From Alphaproteobacteria bacterium (GTDB lineage Bacteria > Pseudomonadota > Alphaproteobacteria > GCA-2731375), in assembly GCA_965225945.1 (NCBI GenBank), contig CBDDBZ010000004.1:1-64000 (forward strand): a stretch of 64,000 nt of DNA. The letters are read 5' to 3'. Every line of letters begins with the position of its first letter. The first letter of the stretch is position 1. The notes beneath the pieces were generated by a model. It had not been told where the DNA came from. It did no database searches and was given only the letters and a program-made list of their open reading frames with translations. Positions 9,706-19,677 of this stretch are shown here, in pieces. Both the position numbers and the translations under genes were made by a program.

Positions 9706-10056
9706 GCCGCGGCTCGTCATGCCCGTCTGGCACGCCCTCGACCGAGCACAGCGACGTTTTTCTGGTGCAGATGATGGTGGCGGCGACGGCGCATCTTGAT
9801 ATATAAAATTTTATCTAAATGTTGGATGAATTTGTTATTAATGTTGGATAATATTTGTGAAAATAAATAAAGAATGTCAATAAATTTCGAAACGATACTT
9901 AAATGAAAGTCTTGAATTCTTCCACGCATCTACTAATTATTAATCGCAAGGTACCATAATCATCACAAATAATCGGCGAACCGGTGCGGGGACTGGAATC
10001 TGTTCCTAACAAGGTGACGGTCATCATTCTCCCAATCGATGGAGGCCATTTGATCG

Positions 10057-10320
10057 ATGTATGAGCAAGCGAACAAGAACCCCAGCGAGCACAAGAGTAT
10101 CGGCATTAAGCGCTTGCAAAGTCAGGTGCCGCTTTCGATCATCGCAGCGGTGACAGGGGCCACCTTGATGTATATGCTCATCACTTTCTTCAACATGCCA
10201 ATAGAAACCGAGCACACGACATTTACGCGGATCGGGGTACTCGTGGGCATCGCGTGCATTGTCGCATGTTGGGTCAAAATCTATTGGCACCGGCCGAACT
10301 CAAGAGATCTCGATCAATAG
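10057..10320 (+). CDS. Small two-TM membrane protein, possibly a truncated sensor N-terminus
   Basis: GGAGG upstream, two hydrophobic segments, downstream of an AT-rich tract at 9800-9970. Confidence 0.35.
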   Translation: MYEQANKNPSEHKSIGIKRLQSQVPLSIIAAVTGATLMYMLITFFNMPIETEHTTFTRIGVLVGIACIVACWVKIYWHRPNSRDLDQ

Positions 10321-10354
10321 TCCCCATGGTGATTCGCGGAGGACTCGGACGGGC

Positions 10355-10711
10355 ATGGACATGAACTCGCCATAGCATCCGAGGAACTGTATTGCCGTGA
10401 GATTGCAGACGGTCGACGGCAATACCTCGAAAGGCTTCATGTTTGCCCCCTCCGACATACGCGTCTCCGACGCCGTCAACTCGACTAAGCCCTTCCTTCC
10501 CTTCGTGCACGGCGACGGCCAGTTTTCCCCAATTGCAAAGGCCATGCTCATCCGCGTGACGCCCTATGATGCCCAAGCACATAATGCGCAGCGCCTCGCT
10601 GACGGTGCGGGCAAAACGCCAACAGACCTGTGGCGGGACCGCGCGCAGCGAAAATGGGGACCGCGAAAATGGGGACATGGCGTAATTGAGTTAGGGTCAC
10701 CCTCCCACTAA
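10355..10711 (+). pseudogene. Small hypothetical protein with early in-frame TAG
   Basis: MDMNSP*HPRNCIAVRLQTVDGNTSKGFMFAPSDIRVSDAVNSTKPFLPF; resembles a small alphaproteobacterial domain (G..F...R+SD.+N....F+PF). Confidence 0.35.
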
Positions 10712-10714
10712 GCG

Positions 10715-10840
10715 CGAAGTCCGCCCCGGCTTGAAGTCCGTCGGGTGGCTTCAAGAAGGAGGATGACCCCTGCGTGAAGTCTATGCCGGTTTGGACTTTT
10801 CCGACAAGCAGACCCACATTTGTCTGGCTGATGGCGATGT
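10715..10840 (+). mobile_element. IS110-family left-end remnant
   Basis: Hairpin cttgaag..cttcaag, AAGGAGG RBS, then EVYAGLDFSDKQTHICLADGD, matching the IS110 N-terminal GLD motif; truncated after ~21 codons. Confidence 0.6.
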
Positions 10841-10927
10841 CGGCGGATTGTCGCTCACGGGCCGCAAGGCTATTCGGGGGCGAAGCGGCACTTCACTGGC
10901 TGCTGCCGCATCGATGGGTTGAGACGG

Positions 10928-12214
10928 ATGGCGGATGGCGCCTATCACAAGATGCACAGGGAGAGCGTGACCGCGCCGCGGGGATGTCCCGTCGATCACG
11001 CGTTCTCGCCGTTCTCGGAGAGCTATCTGAAAGATCCCTACGCGGTGCTGGAAGAGCTTCGCGCCACCTCGCCCGTGTTTTATTCGGCGGAGCTGGGCTA
11101 TCTGGTCCTGACGCGGATGGAGGATGTCGCCGAGGTCTTTCGCAACCCCGACCTCTATGCCTCCGAGAACGTTCAAGATCCCGTCTTGCCGTTATGTGAC
11201 GCGGCCGCCCGAATCCTGGCGGCGCCCGACTACAACCCGATCGCGGTCCTGTCGAACCGCCCACGTCCCGACCACACCCGAATCCGAAAACACGCGCAGG
11301 CCGGGTTTTCGAGCCGGCGGATGAGCCTCCTCGAGCCCTTTATCCGCCGGCGCTGCGAGGCCCTGGTCGAGGCGATGGTGGCGCGGGGCGCGCCGGCGGA
11401 ATTCCTCGGGTGCATCGGATTTCCCCTGCCCGGCGAGACGATCTTCCGCTTGCTCGGCTTTCCGCCAGCGGACGACGCGCAGCTCAAGGCGTGGACCACC
11501 AGCCGTCTCACCTTCACCTGGGGCAAGGCGAGCGAGGACGAGCAGGTCGATATCGCCCGCAAGGTGCTCGCCTATTGGCGCTATTGCGTTTCCTTCGTGC
11601 AGACCCGCCGCGCGGAACCGGCCGACGACTTCACCTCGGAACTGCTGGCCGTCCACGCGGCCGATCCCGAGGAGCTCGGCTCGAGGGAGATCGAGTCGAT
11701 CATCTATGGTCTTTCCGTCGCGGGCCACGAAATCGTCACCAACTACCTGAGCAACGCGCTGATCACCCTGCTCGCCAAGCGCGCGCTTTGGGACGAACTC
11801 TGCGGCGATCCGGAACTCGTTCCAGGTGCGCTCGAGGAGGTGCTCCGCTTCAACTCGCCGCAGACGAGCTGGCGGCGTATCGCCACCAGGGACTGCGAAC
11901 TCGCGGGCTTCGCGATCCCCGCCGGGACCCAGATCTTCCTGTCGCTCGCCTCGGCCAATCACGACGAGAGCCAGTTCCCGAACCCGGGCATCTTCGACAT
12001 GCATAGAGCGAATGCTCGCGCGCATATTTCATTCGGTCGCGGAATCCATTTTTGCCTCGGCAATCGACTGGCGCTACTGGAGGCGACCATCACCCTCGAA
12101 ACGCTCGTCGAACGCCTGCCTTCCCTCGCCCTCGTGGCGGATCAGGAATTCAGCTACTTCCCGAACTTCACCTTCAGGGGACCCGAGGCGTTGTGGCTGA
12201 CCTGGTCGACGTGA
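10928..12214 (+). CDS. Cytochrome P450
   Basis: GCPV at the N-terminus, ExxR (EEVLR), heme motif FGRGIHFCLG, I-helix AGHEIVT. Confidence 0.95.
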   Translation: MADGAYHKMHRESVTAPRGCPVDHAFSPFSESYLKDPYAVLEELRATSPVFYSAELGYLVLTRMEDVAEVFRNPDLYASENVQDPVLPLCDAAARILAAPDYNPIAVLSNRPRPDHTRIRKHAQAGFSSRRMSLLEPFIRRRCEALVEAMVARGAPAEFLGCIGFPLPGETIFRLLGFPPADDAQLKAWTTSRLTFTWGKASEDEQVDIARKVLAYWRYCVSFVQTRRAEPADDFTSELLAVHAADPEELGSREIESIIYGLSVAGHEIVTNYLSNALITLLAKRALWDELCGDPELVPGALEEVLRFNSPQTSWRRIATRDCELAGFAIPAGTQIFLSLASANHDESQFPNPGIFDMHRANARAHISFGRGIHFCLGNRLALLEATITLETLVERLPSLALVADQEFSYFPNFTFRGPEALWLTWST

Positions 12215-12395
12215 TGGTCGAAGGCGGCGTATCGTCGGGCCTTCGGTGGCGAGTACGGAATTTGACGGAGGGATCGATCTCGGCCCTTCGCCGCCGCCCG
12301 GGGAATCGCTCGAAGCGGAGAGCTTGTCCCGCCGCCTTGAAATCACCTGGCCCGCCGCGTGCGGCCTGGGGCGGGACGAGCCGTCTCCCCCTCCC

Positions 12396-12506
12396 AAATG
12401 CAAAGCGCCCCGTGCGGGGATGCCGCCGGGGCGCAGTTCGCCACTTGACGAGGTAGATGGTTTCGGGGTGTCCCCTCGGCAAGGGGGCGGATGCGAATTT
12501 TTCGCG
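12396..12506 (-). promoter_or_regulatory. Conserved ~110-bp non-coding unit, copy 3 (no MITE, no terS downstream)
   Basis: aaatgcaaagcgccccgtgcgggga..gccggggcgcagttcgcca..aggtagatggtttcggggtgtccc..ggcaagggggcggatgcgaatttttcgcg aligns with copies 1 and 2. Confidence 0.55.
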
Positions 12507-12549
12507 CGGGGACGCAACGCCGAATTCGCCGTGGGTTATCCTCAACATA

Positions 12550-12587
12550 TCGATTGATAATCAACTTAAAGATTGATAATCAATCGA
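12550..12587. promoter_or_regulatory. Inverted-repeat operator upstream of the ArsR gene
   Basis: tcgattgataatcaa-cttaaaga-ttgataatcaatcga (15-bp arms, 1 mismatch), 19 bp before the ATG. Confidence 0.7.
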
Positions 12588-12606
12588 AATACTGAGCAAA
12601 AAGAGC

Positions 12607-13002
12607 ATGGATGACGACCAAGGAGCGGCCGATGAGGGCGCCCTCGACCGGATCTTCTCCGCCCTCTCCGACCGCACGCGGCGCGACATTCTCGAAATGT
12701 TGGACGAGGAGAGCCTGGTCGTCTCTAGGATCGCGCGGCGATTTCCGATTTCGCTTCAGGCGGTCTCGCGCCATGTCCATGTTCTGGTCGCGGCCGGGCT
12801 CGTCACCCAGGAGCGGAGCGGGCGCATCAGCCGCTGCAGCTTGAACGCCGACCCGATCCTGCCCGCCGCCGTTTGGATCAACCGCTACGCCAAATACTGG
12901 CAGGAGCAATTCGACGAGCTCGCGACTTGGCTCCACCGCTTGGACCCCGCCGCTGCGACGGCGGATCTCGAAGCTGAGGAAAATCAGGGAGAAGGGAAAT
13001 GA
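12607..13002 (+). CDS. ArsR/SmtB-family transcriptional regulator
   Basis: FSALSDRTRRDILEML..ISLQAVSRHVHVLVAAGLV..RSGR. Confidence 0.9.
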   Translation: MDDDQGAADEGALDRIFSALSDRTRRDILEMLDEESLVVSRIARRFPISLQAVSRHVHVLVAAGLVTQERSGRISRCSLNADPILPAAVWINRYAKYWQEQFDELATWLHRLDPAAATADLEAEENQGEGK

Positions 13003-13595
13003 ACTACGCCGACGGCATCACCCAGATTGCCGAATACAGGAAGAAGATCAGCGCCATAAGGACGGAGATGCTCGCCGTTCAAGCGACGATCGATCCGCAA
13101 GAAATCGAAGATTATATCTTCCAAACCGCTGAGGGCGAGGTGCGCCTTAGGGAACTGTTCGGCGAGAACGAGCAGCTCTTCATCATTCACAACATGGGTA
13201 TAAGCTGCCCTTATTGTACGCTCTGGGCCGACGGCTTCAACGGCATCTACGATCACATCAAATCGAGGGCTGCCTTCTTCCTATCGAGCCCGGACTCCGC
13301 CGAACGGCAAGGCGACTTCGCGAGGCGCCGCGGCTGGCGGTTTCCGATGATCAGCCATCGCGGATCCACCTTCGCCGCCAATATGGGCTACCAGTCCGAT
13401 GAAGGGTACTTGCCCGGAATTTCGACCTTCAAGCTACATTCGGGCCGTCCCGTTCGGCTGTCCGATGCCGCGTTCGGCCCAGGGGACGACTTCAGTCCGT
13501 TTTGGCATTTGTTCGACTTACTGCCAGGGCCCGCGGACGATTGGCGCCCGAAGTTCGACTACGGCGACGATGCTCACCAGGCGGTTTCGCCATGA
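12999..13595 (+). CDS. DUF899-family thioredoxin-like protein
   Basis: GEVRLRELFG..LFIIHNMG.SCPYCTLWADGFNG..RGWRFPM; ATGA overlap with ArsR. Confidence 0.85.
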   Translation: MNYADGITQIAEYRKKISAIRTEMLAVQATIDPQEIEDYIFQTAEGEVRLRELFGENEQLFIIHNMGISCPYCTLWADGFNGIYDHIKSRAAFFLSSPDSAERQGDFARRRGWRFPMISHRGSTFAANMGYQSDEGYLPGISTFKLHSGRPVRLSDAAFGPGDDFSPFWHLFDLLPGPADDWRPKFDYGDDAHQAVSP

Positions 13596-13763
13596 CGTCC
13601 GGCTCGAATGGGGGGGGAGCTCGCGCCGCGCCGTTGGATACGAGATATCGGATGATCCCGAAGAAGCCGAGGGACTTTTTACAGAGCAACGGATTCGAGG
13701 CGCCCCGATGGCACCAAACGCGCTCGGCGATAGGGCCGAGGTTCTCCGGCAAATAACGACGCG

Positions 13764-14198
13764 TCATCGATTGGCGATGTAAATGTCTCGCAGCACATTG
13801 GCCTCGAGCTCCATTTCATCGAGGCGATGCTTGACGACATCGCCGATCGACACCATGCCCACCAGAGCGCCCGCTTGCAGCACCGGCAGATGGCGAAGTC
13901 GGCGCTGCGTCATCGTTCGCATCACCGACTTGATGTCGTCGTCGGGCGCGCAGGTGGCGGGCTGGCGATGCATGACGTCGCGAACCCGACGCTCGAATAG
14001 ATCACCGTCTCTCTCGCCGAGGGCTCTCACGATGTCCCGCTCGGCGATCAGACCGACCATCGCGCCGGCGGGATCGGTCACGACCAGCGATCCGATATGC
14101 TTCTCGTTGAAGCGCGCCACGACGGCACCCACCCGGACGTCGGGAGGAATGGTCGAAACCGCATTGCCCTTCGAGCTCAGAATATCGGATACCTTCAT
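13764..14198 (-). CDS. CBS-domain protein
   Basis: V.DILSSKG, GLIAERDIVR, RRLRHLPV..LVGMVSIGDVVK. Confidence 0.92.
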   Translation of the reverse strand: MKVSDILSSKGNAVSTIPPDVRVGAVVARFNEKHIGSLVVTDPAGAMVGLIAERDIVRALGERDGDLFERRVRDVMHRQPATCAPDDDIKSVMRTMTQRRLRHLPVLQAGALVGMVSIGDVVKHRLDEMELEANVLRDIYIANR

Positions 14199-14390
14199 CG
14201 CCCCCCTCCTCTGATCCAGCCTCCGAGATCCGACAATAATACTTTACATAATACATGGTCCTGAACGCCCTGTCACGTCGAAGACACCCGTTGGGTCCGA
14301 TCGGGGGACTCGAAGAATTCCGTGGGGAAATTGCCGCCGCGGCGCGCTTCGGGTCGCTGACGTGCGGCCGGCGCGCCGAGACCGAGTGGC

Positions 14391-15359
14391 CTAAAGCCTC
14401 GTCAACGCCGGCGTAAAATATCCCGCTCCGCTAAAGTCCCTCGCCAGCGGCTCGAGATCGGCCCAAAACGCCCCGGACAATTCCATGCCGCCCGCTTCGG
14501 TGTTCTGAACCGCCTCCTCGACCGTCCTGGCACCGGGAATGGTCGTGGCGACCAAGGGATGGCGGACACACCATTGCAGCGCCGCCGCGACCATCGGAAC
14601 GCCATGATCGTCGCAAACCCGCTTTATCTCGCCCGCGTGCGCCAAAATCTCGGGCGAGAAATCGCGGCCCGAATACGCCACCCCTTCGATCGGCCCGGTG
14701 GCGAGTAGGCCACGCTCGATCGGTGTCGCCACGGCGACCCCGACATCGTGCTTTTCAACCGCCGGGAAGATATAGCGCTCGGCACTCTGGTTCAGCAGGC
14801 TCCAGGCGTCCGGCACGACGGCGACGTCGAACTCGCCCGTCTCGATGAAGGGGCCGTTGGCATCGGGATCGTTGGCCGCCGCCCCGACGAAGCCGACGAC
14901 GCCTTCGTCCTGCAGCTTGCGAAGCGCGCCGAGCGCGCGGTCCTTGCCCAGCACTTCCTCGAGCGGCAGCCCCATGGGATCATGGATGTAGACAATCTCG
15001 AAGCGGTCGAGCCCGAGCCGCACCCGGCTCGCCTCGACGCTCCGCATCACCGCATCGTAGCCGTAGTCCCGCCCGGCCGCCGTGCGGCCGACCTTGGTCG
15101 TCACCGTCACGCCCTTGGCCAGATCCGGACGCGCCGCGAGCGCGCGGCCGATGATGGTCTCGGCAACGGTATCGCCATAGTTCGGCGCCGTGTCGATCAG
15201 CGTACAGCCCGCCTCCATCGCCGCCACGACGGTCGCGACCCCGCGCTCCACGTCCAACTCTCCCGGCGCACCGCCTTGCAGTTGCCCGCCGATGAAGACG
15301 GTGCCCAATCCGACGATGGGGACCTCCAGTCCCGTCCTGCCCAACACCTTCCTCTTCAT
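14391..15359 (-). CDS. Aldo/keto reductase
   Basis: LGRTGLEV..VGLGT, IDTAPNYG..AE, TKVG, YIHDP, TIPGART. Confidence 0.92.
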   Translation of the reverse strand: MKRKVLGRTGLEVPIVGLGTVFIGGQLQGGAPGELDVERGVATVVAAMEAGCTLIDTAPNYGDTVAETIIGRALAARPDLAKGVTVTTKVGRTAAGRDYGYDAVMRSVEASRVRLGLDRFEIVYIHDPMGLPLEEVLGKDRALGALRKLQDEGVVGFVGAAANDPDANGPFIETGEFDVAVVPDAWSLLNQSAERYIFPAVEKHDVGVAVATPIERGLLATGPIEGVAYSGRDFSPEILAHAGEIKRVCDDHGVPMVAAALQWCVRHPLVATTIPGARTVEEAVQNTEAGGMELSGAFWADLEPLARDFSGAGYFTPALTRL

Positions 15360-15535
15360 CGCACCGTCCCGCTGCCTCGCCGTCCTCGTCGCCGTCCGAC
15401 TAATTCAGCGCAGCGACCGAGGAGACTTGCAACCTGTCCCTTTTCCAATTCCACACGGCGCGGGCGGCGAGCCAAGTCCGGGATCGTCGTATATGCTCGG
15501 GCTTTGGACGGGATCGCTTTTGGAGAAGGTCCGAC

Positions 15536-16301
<766 letters not shown>

Positions 16302-16312
<11 letters not shown>

Positions 16313-16564
16313 TAAATCGTGATAATTTGGAGCCAATCCCCTGGCTTCGCCCCGGCTCGCCTACCTCCTATTGCAGCGGCGAATGGCGTTGGTCACGACG
16401 GCGGGCAGCATGATGCTATGCGGCTTTCCCCGGGTTTTGCATCTCCTCGATCATCTCGAGGCTTTTCGCGACGAAGACCTGCCAGTCGGCATCGGCGTTC
16501 ACGGCGGCGCGGACTTCGGCGCGGCGATCGAGGCTCGGATAAGCCCAGAGGTGTTGCAGACCTC
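16302..16564. repeat. Imperfect direct duplication of 16809-17033 (SDR stop plus NIPSNAP 3' end)
   Basis: Identical blocks interrupted by three short insertions (~9, ~11, ~16 nt) in this copy. Confidence 0.9.
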
Positions 16565-16808
16565 TGGATCGCGCGCGCCCCGGAAAGTGGCAGGCCAAGT
16601 GAGAGAGGCTCCGGGCGACGAACACGCCGAAGACCAAGACGCAAAGGCTCTCCAGACGGCTCTTGCGAAAGGCGAAGCCGCATCGTAGCGTCTCACGCAG
16701 GGCGTTGATCGGGTTGTCTCGCATGATTTCCCTCTTGACTCGTCGTGGAGTGAATCGGGAATCCTACAACCTTTTCAACGTCCTACGTAAATGCCGTCGT
16801 GTACCATG
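16565..16808 (-). mobile_element. IS4-family left end and transposase N-terminal fragment
   Basis: ATG 16724 reads MRDNPINALRETL..FRKSRLESLCVLVFG..LSHLACHFPGRA. The terminus catggtacacgac abuts tccccgatt (16809), which also occurs at 16302. Confidence 0.65.
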
Positions 16809-16865
16809 TCCCCGATTAGTAAATCGTGATAATTTCCCCTGGCTTCGCCCCGGCTCGCCTACCTC

Positions 16866-17501
16866 CTATTGCAGCGGCGAATGGCTGGCGGGCAGCATGA
16901 TGCTATTTTGCATCTCCTCGATCATCTCGAGGCTTTTCGCGACGAAGACCTGCCAGTCGGCATCGGCGTTCACGGCGGCGCGGACTTCGGCGCGGCGATC
17001 GAGGCTCGGATAAGCCCAGAGGTGGCAGACCTCGTTCGGCTGTCCGGCCTCCGAGGTCCAGAGCCCGACGATCTTGGAATGGCGTTCACGCACCGGCAGC
17101 GCGCCCTTGAACAGCTTGAGCCAGGCCTTCATCGCGCCGGGCCGCAGGCGATAGCAGCGCAGCTCGTAGACGTTGCCGGTCGTCTCCGGCGCTACGGGTC
17201 CGATGACGCCATTCAAGATTCGCACGTCCTGGCGCACCAACATCGGCCGCATCTTCGGCAGATAGTCGTTGTTCCACGCTTCGTTGGCGCCAAGCGCCGC
17301 CCTGAGGCGTGCCCGCTCGTTCAGATCGCTATAGCTCCACAGGTGCATGACTTGGTTGAGCGCTCCGATCTCCGCCACCCAATAGCCTTCGAGCTTGCCG
17401 TAATCGTCGCCCCGAACGGCGCGTCCGACCTCGCTCGAATGCGCCGCCGCCGCAGGCGCCATGCCGGGCAACATGGTGTAGGTTCTGAGTTCATAGACCA
17501 T
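16866..17501 (-). CDS. NIPSNAP-family protein (two repeats)
   Basis: YELRTY..GYW..EIGALNQVMHLWSY and YELRCY..GLW..NEVCHLWAY. Confidence 0.92.
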   Translation of the reverse strand: MVYELRTYTMLPGMAPAAAAHSSEVGRAVRGDDYGKLEGYWVAEIGALNQVMHLWSYSDLNERARLRAALGANEAWNNDYLPKMRPMLVRQDVRILNGVIGPVAPETTGNVYELRCYRLRPGAMKAWLKLFKGALPVRERHSKIVGLWTSEAGQPNEVCHLWAYPSLDRRAEVRAAVNADADWQVFVAKSLEMIEEMQNSIMLPASHSPLQ

Positions 17502-17639
17502 CGCTGGCTTCCCTCCCTCGGACTATGTTCGAACCGGTGCATTCTGGACAACGGCTCGGATCGGACGCCAGCGTAAGGTCCAATAGCTCTCGCTGGCAAT
17601 CCGATGCTCGGGATGGAACGGAACACGGGGGGAACCCTC

Positions 17640-17984
17640 ATGCAGACGGGCTTGGCCTATATCGGCGCGGCGGCCGCCGAGATCGCGGGGTGTTTTGCCT
17701 TTTGGGCCTGGCTCCGATTGGGGGCGTCGGTCTGGTGGCTGATTCCGGGGATCGCCAGCTTGGTGGCCTTCGCATACTTGCTCACCTTGGTGGACAGCAT
17801 TGCGGCGGGCCGTGCCTATGCCGCCTATGGGGGTGTCTACATCTCGGCATCCCTGCTGTGGCTCTGGACGGTAGAAAACCTGCGACCGGATCGCTGGGAC
17901 GTGATCGGTGCCTTGCTGTGCCTCGCCGGTGCGGCCATCATCATCTTCGGACCACGCCCGACAATACCGAACGCCCTCGGTTGA
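17640..17984 (+). CDS. YnfA/UPF0060 membrane protein
   Basis: [35 protein letters not shown]. Confidence 0.92.
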   Translation: MQTGLAYIGAAAAEIAGCFAFWAWLRLGASVWWLIPGIASLVAFAYLLTLVDSIAAGRAYAAYGGVYISASLLWLWTVENLRPDRWDVIGALLCLAGAAIIIFGPRPTIPNALG

Positions 17985-18379
17985 GCGGCGTATTCCCGGC
18001 GCGGACCGCCGCACGGCACCCGAGGTAGCGAGGACAGCATGATCGAGGTCAACGGCATGGCCCATGTGATCTTGACCGTCAGCCGATACGACGAAGCCAA
18101 GGCCTTCTATTCGAAACTGATGCCCGCGCTCGGTCTGGAGTGTGTCTTCGATGGCAGCGACATGTGCTACTTCGTCGGCGGGCGCACCGCACTCGGCCTC
18201 CAGCCCTGCAAACCGGAACACGCGGGCGAGCGCTTCGTCCAAGGCCGGGTCGGACTGCACCACATCTGCTTCCGCGCCCGCTCGCCCGAGGACGTCGATC
18301 GGGTCGAGGCGTTCCTCGACGAGATGGACGCGCACATCGTCAGCCGAGCCCAGGGGGGGCCCTGGGCGCCCGGGTATTA

Positions 18380-19517
18380 TACCCCGACTCCCCGCAGACC
18401 CGAAAAAGTTCTGGCAATCCGGCTGCGGATCGATTCTTCTCGCGGTCATGATTCGCGGTGGATTTCTGAGCATCGAGGAACGCGCGGCCCTGGAGGCGGT
18501 GATGGGGCATCCGAGCGAGACCCACGGGGTGGCGCGCCGCGCGAACGCCGTTCTGCTCTTGGATGACGGCTTGAGCTGCGTCGAGGTGGCGAAGGTGCTC
18601 TACCTCGACGACGACACGGTGCGGACGTGGCTGAAGCGCTACCGTGCGGGCGGCCTGGATGAAATGACGCTGTTCGACTGGCATGGCCGGTCGGGCCATC
18701 TGAGCCGGGAGCAAGAGGCGGAGCTTTCGGCCCATCTGAGCCAACGGCTTTACCGCGATACCGGCGAGGTGGCGGCCCATATCAAGGCGACCTACGGAGT
18801 GATCTACAGCCATTCGGGCTGCATCAAGGTGATGCATCGCCTGGGCTTCGAATACAAGCGCCCGAAAAGCCTGCCGGCTCAGGCCGATGAGGCCGAGCAG
18901 GCCGCCTTTATCGAGGCCTATGATAAGTTGCTCAACGGCTTGGCCGCCGACGAGGTGGTCTACTTCGCCGATGCGGTGCACCCGGAATTCCAGTCCCGCC
19001 CAGTCCATGGCTGGGTCAAGAAGGGCGACAAAGTGGCGTTACGCCGGACCTCGGGGCGCCAGCGCATCAATCTCCACGGCGCGCTCAACCTGGAAAACTT
19101 CCACTGCCCCTTGGTCCAGGCCGAGAGGATCAACGCCGCCTCGACGATCGCGCTGTTCGAGATGCTGGAGGCCACCAATCCCGGCAAGTCGCGGATCTAT
19201 GTCTTCGCCGACAATGCCCGCTATCACCACGCCCGCCTGGTCCGACAATGGCTGGAGAGACCGGGTTGCCGCATCAAGCTCATCTTCCAACCGTCCTACG
19301 CTCCCCACCTCAACGCCATCGAGCGATTATGGGGCGTCATGCATCGCGAGGTGACCCACAACAGCTTCTACGCCAGCTTCGCCCTCTTCACCGAAGCCAT
19401 CGACGATTTCTTCCGCCGACGACTGCCACGAGAGTGGACGACGTGGCGCGACACCATCACCGACAATTTCCGAATCATCTCGCACAAGGATTTTCGGGTT
19501 CTGGGGTGAGGCGAGTA
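18380..19517 (+). mobile_element. IS630-family insertion sequence (1138 bp)
   Basis: TA duplication (18378-79, 19518-19); imperfect TIRs taccccgactccccgcagacccgaaaa / rc tactcgcctcaccccagaacccgaaaa. Confidence 0.92.
18448..19509 (+). CDS. IS630-family transposase (intact)
   Basis: HTH N-terminus; DDE motifs YFADAVH, FADNARYH and LNAIERLW. Confidence 0.95.
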   Translation: MIRGGFLSIEERAALEAVMGHPSETHGVARRANAVLLLDDGLSCVEVAKVLYLDDDTVRTWLKRYRAGGLDEMTLFDWHGRSGHLSREQEAELSAHLSQRLYRDTGEVAAHIKATYGVIYSHSGCIKVMHRLGFEYKRPKSLPAQADEAEQAAFIEAYDKLLNGLAADEVVYFADAVHPEFQSRPVHGWVKKGDKVALRRTSGRQRINLHGALNLENFHCPLVQAERINAASTIALFEMLEATNPGKSRIYVFADNARYHHARLVRQWLERPGCRIKLIFQPSYAPHLNAIERLWGVMHREVTHNSFYASFALFTEAIDDFFRRRLPREWTTWRDTITDNFRIISHKDFRVLG

Positions 19518-19677
19518 TATTACGTCCTGTTCGAGGACCCGGATGGAATCCGCGTCGAGGTGAACCACGTCCCGGGAAAAGGCGTGCTGGCGGAGAGTAC
19601 GAGCTTCAACCCCGGCGACGATTGGCGCTAAGCCCTGCTTGCTCGCCCACGCGGGCCACGACTTTAGGAACTTCCAG

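Larger units (their letters stand above)
18039..19631 (+). pseudogene. VOC/glyoxalase-family protein interrupted by IS630
   Basis: 5' part 18039-18379 (HVILTV, GLHHICFRA, WAPGY) and 3' part 19518-19631 (YYVLFEDPDGIRVEVNHVP). Removing the IS and one TA restores PGYYYVLFEDPDG. Confidence 0.92.

Noticed and set aside
4292-10375. Three in-frame TAG codons (portal 4292, hypothetical 7638, small ORF 10373) suggesting amber recoding or readthrough
   Set aside because: The expected residues differ (Ser, Trp, unknown), the first two are one substitution from the expected sense codon, and TAG ends many normal genes here; decay is simpler.
12215-12395. tRNA-like or riboswitch RNA downstream of unit copy 3
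   Set aside because: GC-rich with possible hairpins, but no recognisable cloverleaf or aptamer.
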